64,000 nt of DNA from positions 2,512,485 to 2,576,484 of the forward strand of contig NC_134027.1 in NCBI RefSeq assembly GCF_964204645.1. Reading direction: 5' to 3'. Position numbers and translations under genes: made by a program. Under the pieces are notes generated by a model, which did no database searches, was not told the origin of the DNA, and was given only the letters and a program-made list of their open reading frames with translations. This document shows, piece after piece, positions 59,007-64,000 of the stretch. Source of the DNA: Tubulanus polymorphus (lineage: Eukaryota > Animalia > Nemertea). Positions within the stretch are counted from its first letter, which is position 1, and the number at the start of each line of letters is the position of its first letter.

Positions 59007-62000
59007 TACAGAGCTACCGTGCGAAACGTTGTGAAACATTAACCACACGGGTATGACACCCCGCTGATCGGTTATTAAATCTTGTTGTCATTTTAATGGT
59101 ATGAGTTCGATGGTAAATGACGGTGTGCGAGATATGAACTGTATGTAATGGTCAAACTCCGTCGTTATTGGATAAGTCGTCCCGACACTTAAGTTGTCAC
59201 TACGATAGTACTTATTTGTATTTCCAATTCAATTTATGAAGCTTATGTCGACTCATAATTACGATGCCAGCTACGACGACTAACGCCCAATGAACACGAA
59301 ACAGTGAAACATGGAAACAGGAGACAGAAACATGTGTCTGAATGTTTCCCTATGTTGCGTGCATTGGGCTTTAATGCGAGTTTGACTCGGACCTAACGTT
59401 GTGAACATGTCTTTGGACCTATCAGTATCCTCTTCCTATCTGTCATTTCTTTCAAACAAATCTTCGGATATCTATCATAAAACTACAACAACTAATGATT
59501 TGAAATGGTACTGTATTTTTCTTCAGTTTTGACTATTTTATCGAGCACACCAGTATGAGTAGTATGTACCTTTCAACCAAGCTCCATTCGATTTAATTTG
59601 TGCGTATCGAATTCGAAAGCGCATTAGAAGAATAGATCAGAATTAGCTTGGTTGTCGGGTAATTTATGTGTTGTTTTGCACATAAGTGGTTTGATCTTAT
59701 CTCTTTTACGTCGGCTGATCGTGAGAATGAAACTAATATTCAAATTATTCTGTGTAATATTGTTGATGATATTTTTTGTATAAAAAAAGGTGTTTCTACG
59801 TACAATAAACCAGGCTTCTCTAAGGCCTACGGTAAACCATACATATAAGAGTAACATCCAGTTTTATCAAGTGCAAAAATTTGAGAGGTTTTGTTCGCAG
59901 AGAAGATAGATATATTCAATAATACGAATTTAAATGATTTCATCTCGGTTACCAGAAAAAATCTCAAACGACACGTATTAAGGCAGGCATAGGTCGAGCA
60001 CAAAGGATCGGTTGCAACTGGTCACAAATGGGCGTAAACAGTGTGTGAGTACGGTGTATGTCTTGCAAATGAAAGGAATGGTCATCACGTGTTTCAATTC
60101 ACGTGCGTCTCATTACGGTTAGCCTCACTGTCACCTCGCAGGTCTTTCCAATGAAATCATGGCTGGTGGTTTCAGGGAACCAGTTTCTGGCAGCCGCAAC
60201 GCTGACCTATGCCTGCCTAGACGCGGTCTTTTTTTGTAGAAAACTTGAAGAACAACTATGTAGTTCGTTCGGTCCACCAGGGTTTACAGAGGGATTCAAA
60301 ACCTGTGAATAGATTCCGATAGACAGGCCTCTAGCGTAATGTGACAAATTCAATAACTCACGGCAAATGAGTTTTAAATTTTAGGCTATCAGCGTCTCTT
60401 AAATGGAAATGTGCTTTTAGGTTTCTTTTCATCTGGAGTCAAAAGCGATTCTCGATGGTTTCCCAATATTCACCGTATAAGTTCTTTATGGCAATCGTAT
60501 CCGATAATTGAATTTCCCTTCCGGCAAAAAGCCAGATTTCAGATGATTGAAACAGGTAGATCTCTAAATAAATTCTACAATATACAGTATTTTAACGTCG
60601 TTACGAATGACGTTACCCTCCTAAACTATCAAAACGCCGCGAAACTAATTCGTGAGAATTTCTCCTGCTGCGAGCATCTGCCCGGGATATGATTGAGACT
60701 CCTCAGGTATGTCTCGTTCGAACCTGTCAATATAAACCAACAAACGTCAACTGACAAAGAAACTGCTATTCAATTTTGCCGTTCGATGTATTTATGGAAT
60801 GCGCCACCTCGAGATTTTTTTCTATTAAATCTGAATCTAACGATGACTGTAAAAGTTACGTACTTTAACAAAATAATGTTAAATCGATCTCTCTGTTAAA
60901 AGTTTTGTTAACTATAAACGGAATAAAGTATGTTGAAAGTTGTTGTAAGATTCTGATTGTTGTTTCATTCAGAGATTGATTGGCATTTGACCCAGAACGT
61001 AACACCCGAGAAAAACTGTTTTTAATAAGCTAATCGTTAAGATTCGCTCGGCGAGGAAACAGTTGTCAGATTCGGTGGCAAATTCTTCGCATATCGACGT
61101 CACTGATTATTACATCAAAAATACATCAAAGATGTCTTTGAGCTATTGATGTACATCAGAATTTAGACACGTTTCAAGGCAGACTTTGAAGTGGCGAAGT
61201 CAAGGAATCAACTCGACGTATTAACGCGTTGTGGAAGGCTAAATTTTTACGTACAAATCAAAGGCAGTTATAAAACGTCTGTATCTTCAGAGATCGGCTT
61301 AAAAACATCAAAAACAATATTTAATTCGGTCTATACTAATGATTTAAGAGGAATTAAAGAGATTAAAACTAGCGATTCAAGTTCACGTTCAAAGCTTTTA
61401 TAATATCAAACAAAATCAGCGTAACCGGCTTAAACTAATGATTCATACAAGAATTCCTCACAACTCCACATTTACATAACATATTCATACGGTTGGTTTT
61501 CTATCTACCGGGTTAAAATATTCCTCACTACATTCACTGGCTTTATAGGGTTTCACATCAATAATTCATATTTCTTTGAAATCACAATAAAGAGAAATAA
61601 GGAGAGTGATGAGTGAGGCTGTAGTGTGGTCAATGAGTTTGAATTATGGAACGAAGCCAAGCGTGATCCAGACATTTTTTGAACATCATCAATCGAGCAG
61701 TTGCGATTCAGAACCGCGTCGCTTCAAAGAACCGCTTACGATTCTCTGATTCTCTGTACGAAAAAAAAATCCGATCCAGTGAAAGCGCTGTTTATTCAGA
61801 CACTGCTACATCAATATACCATGACAATCGTACAATAAAGATTGTCCGATTTCTAATCTCGCTAATAAGATGGAAACGATCTGGGAAATTGAGAAAGTTC
61901 TAGTCGGACGTTATCTTATAAGGGTGTTCGCTCGACCATTCTGTCAATACTTATCTTTATAATGGTTTCATATGAAATACACAGGAAACTGCGCAGGATA

Positions 62001-62387
62001 TGACGCACAACAGAAGGAAATTAACATAACCAACGTGTCGTTCAATCGACTGCAACATCGAACAAATAGTCGATAATTCGATACATTTTTCCGACGCGCG
62101 TTCAATTATCAAGTGGTTGATTTTCATGCTTCCGCAAACCAGCCACAATCCGACTGTCGCTGAAATGCAATTATATCTGCGCGATACGAAACTCTGCGAC
62201 AATCCGGTGGCGTAAATTCGGCCTCGGAGGCCGATATTTCACCGACTAAATCATTTCCACGATTCTTCAGTGACTACTAATGATTCTCAGTTAGTTTCGG
62301 TCAATAATTGCGCAGCGCGATCCGTCGTTCAAATTTCACCGTATGCCCGACACACCACAGCGCCGGTATACCGGTTTAAAGATATCA

Positions 62388-62787
62388 CGGTTCTTACGGG
62401 TTTCAGTAATTTCATTTTACATAACTTTTTCATACCTGGATTATGAATTTTCCATGCCCCTAAGCCACCGTAGAATAGGCAATGTAAGCCTGTTCAAAAT
62501 AAATAAGTTTTAATTATCAATATTACCAAAAATTCATAAAGAACTTTTTTTTATATCAATGAAAAAGTGTTTTCACATAAAGTTTGTAATCAATAATGTG
62601 TACATTTAGGCCTATAGCCTAAAATTCAAAAAAGGAAAATTTCATTTCTAGGCCATTTTCTGATTTTCCATACCTTTCCATAGCTACAGAGAAAAAAAAA
62701 CAAAACTTTCATAGTTTTTCAAGGGCCTGGAAAGAGATTCAAATTTTCTAAAAATTTGGAAAACTTTCCGAAACCTGTAGAATCCTG
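62388..62787. mobile_element. Degenerate non-autonomous DNA transposon (hAT-like)
   Basis: Imperfect termini acggttcttacgggtttc / gaaacctgtagaatcctg with internal tttccata repeats. Confidence 0.4.
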
Positions 62788-64000
62788 GCTAGCAATTAAG
62801 GACGAAACTTTGAGCGCAGGCGTTATCACGCTGAAGCACTATAATTACGAGTTAATTTAAGTTAGGGGTTTGAATGATCTATAAGAGTGAAAGCTTTCAT
62901 GTAGCCTAATAAAAGAAAAAAAAAACATTTCCTTCTTAAAGAAGAAATAATGTCACAGGATATTAACACACGCAACATACAGCGAACAATTCACAATTGA
63001 TCATAGGAAAATATTAGGGAACGTTTATCCTGCACAAGCATTGACTTCGAAATCATACTTCCTTCCGGTGTTAATGGTATAGACACAATATCATACGTTT
63101 ATTCCCGAAAGATCGCGTGAAAATGTGTCGGTAACACAAGAAAGCTTTTATAACGTCACAAATAATAAATATAATGACACACGCAGTCAGTGAAACTGGA
63201 CACAATTACATCATATCGGACTGAGAGTCATGAAAAATGTGAAAAGAGTTTCATCGAAAGACCTAGCACCTGATACAATCACGATAATGAGTGTAGAACG
63301 ATTTCTTTTGAAGGGTCTGTATCGATCAACCAATGTGTGCCTTCGATGAGGACCACGCAATCATACTGTCACAATCAAAGACTCCACTTATGGCCACCAG
63401 GTGCCACTGGTCATTTGATGGTCATCTGCACTTCAATTTCTTCTACACTACGAATCAAGTCAATCGATTATCCATGGAAACTAGATGAAACACAAAAACT
63501 TAGATAATTGAATGTTATATCCTCTAGGCGACTTGTAAGGCATTTGGAATCGGGAGCCTAAAAATTCAGTTGAAGATAATTGAATATGAATTATTCTTAA
63601 AAAATGTATGACCAAATTTTTTCTTTGTTGAGGTAGTCAAAATTGGAACCTGGATTCATCGTCCTTGGCACTAAGTACCGACACGAGATCCAGCATCCAA
63701 CTGAAAATCTCATCTACTCGCGAATTCTTAGTTCTTACTTCGACCAAACAAAACAATTTCACCGACAATACTGCCATCAGATATATCCACCACACAAACA
63801 CTATGAGTTCTTCCGGGAATTTTGACCTGTGTTGATTTCTCTACAACTTTGAAGCTGTGTTTATCGAATTGCGATGTCGCTGATGTGCCGCGTACATGAC
63901 TTCTTCCATTCATACTTACCTCAAAGGTAAGACAAAATGAGATTAGCGATTCTACTACAACGCGAAATCGACGTCTGCATACGAATTGTGACAACACTGT

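Noticed and set aside
62205-62244. GC-rich hairpin tcggcctc-g-gaggccga
   Set aside because: Short, close to a degenerate transposon, and without a Helitron CTRR end or miRNA-length stem.

Overview
This is AT-rich, intron-containing animal genomic DNA, probably from an invertebrate. Most short ORFs in the track are exon fragments or noise. Gene order: 3' end of a KLHDC8-like kelch gene (+); CNOT10 (+); an intronless lin-41/TRIM71 ORF (-) with an apparently multi-kb 3' UTR; CCDC102A-like (-); a divergently transcribed zinc-finger gene (+) that seems to have two alternative terminal modules; two tandem intact SDR oxidoreductases (-); and the 3' part of CPSF1 (-). A CPSF1 intron of more than 22 kb appears to host an antisense FMRFamide-receptor-like GPCR (+). 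Many MITEs and SINEs are present, plus an inverted Penelope-type fragment carrying two minimal hammerhead ribozyme cores. The most striking signal is at lin-41. A near-perfect let-7 site lies in the putative 5' leader and a lin-4/miR-125 8-mer lies just after the stop codon. These two sites are linked by a perfect 14-nt complementarity that overlaps both, suggesting a long-range RNA switch coupling the two heterochronic miRNAs. All calls were made by eye; no searches or folding programs were run.
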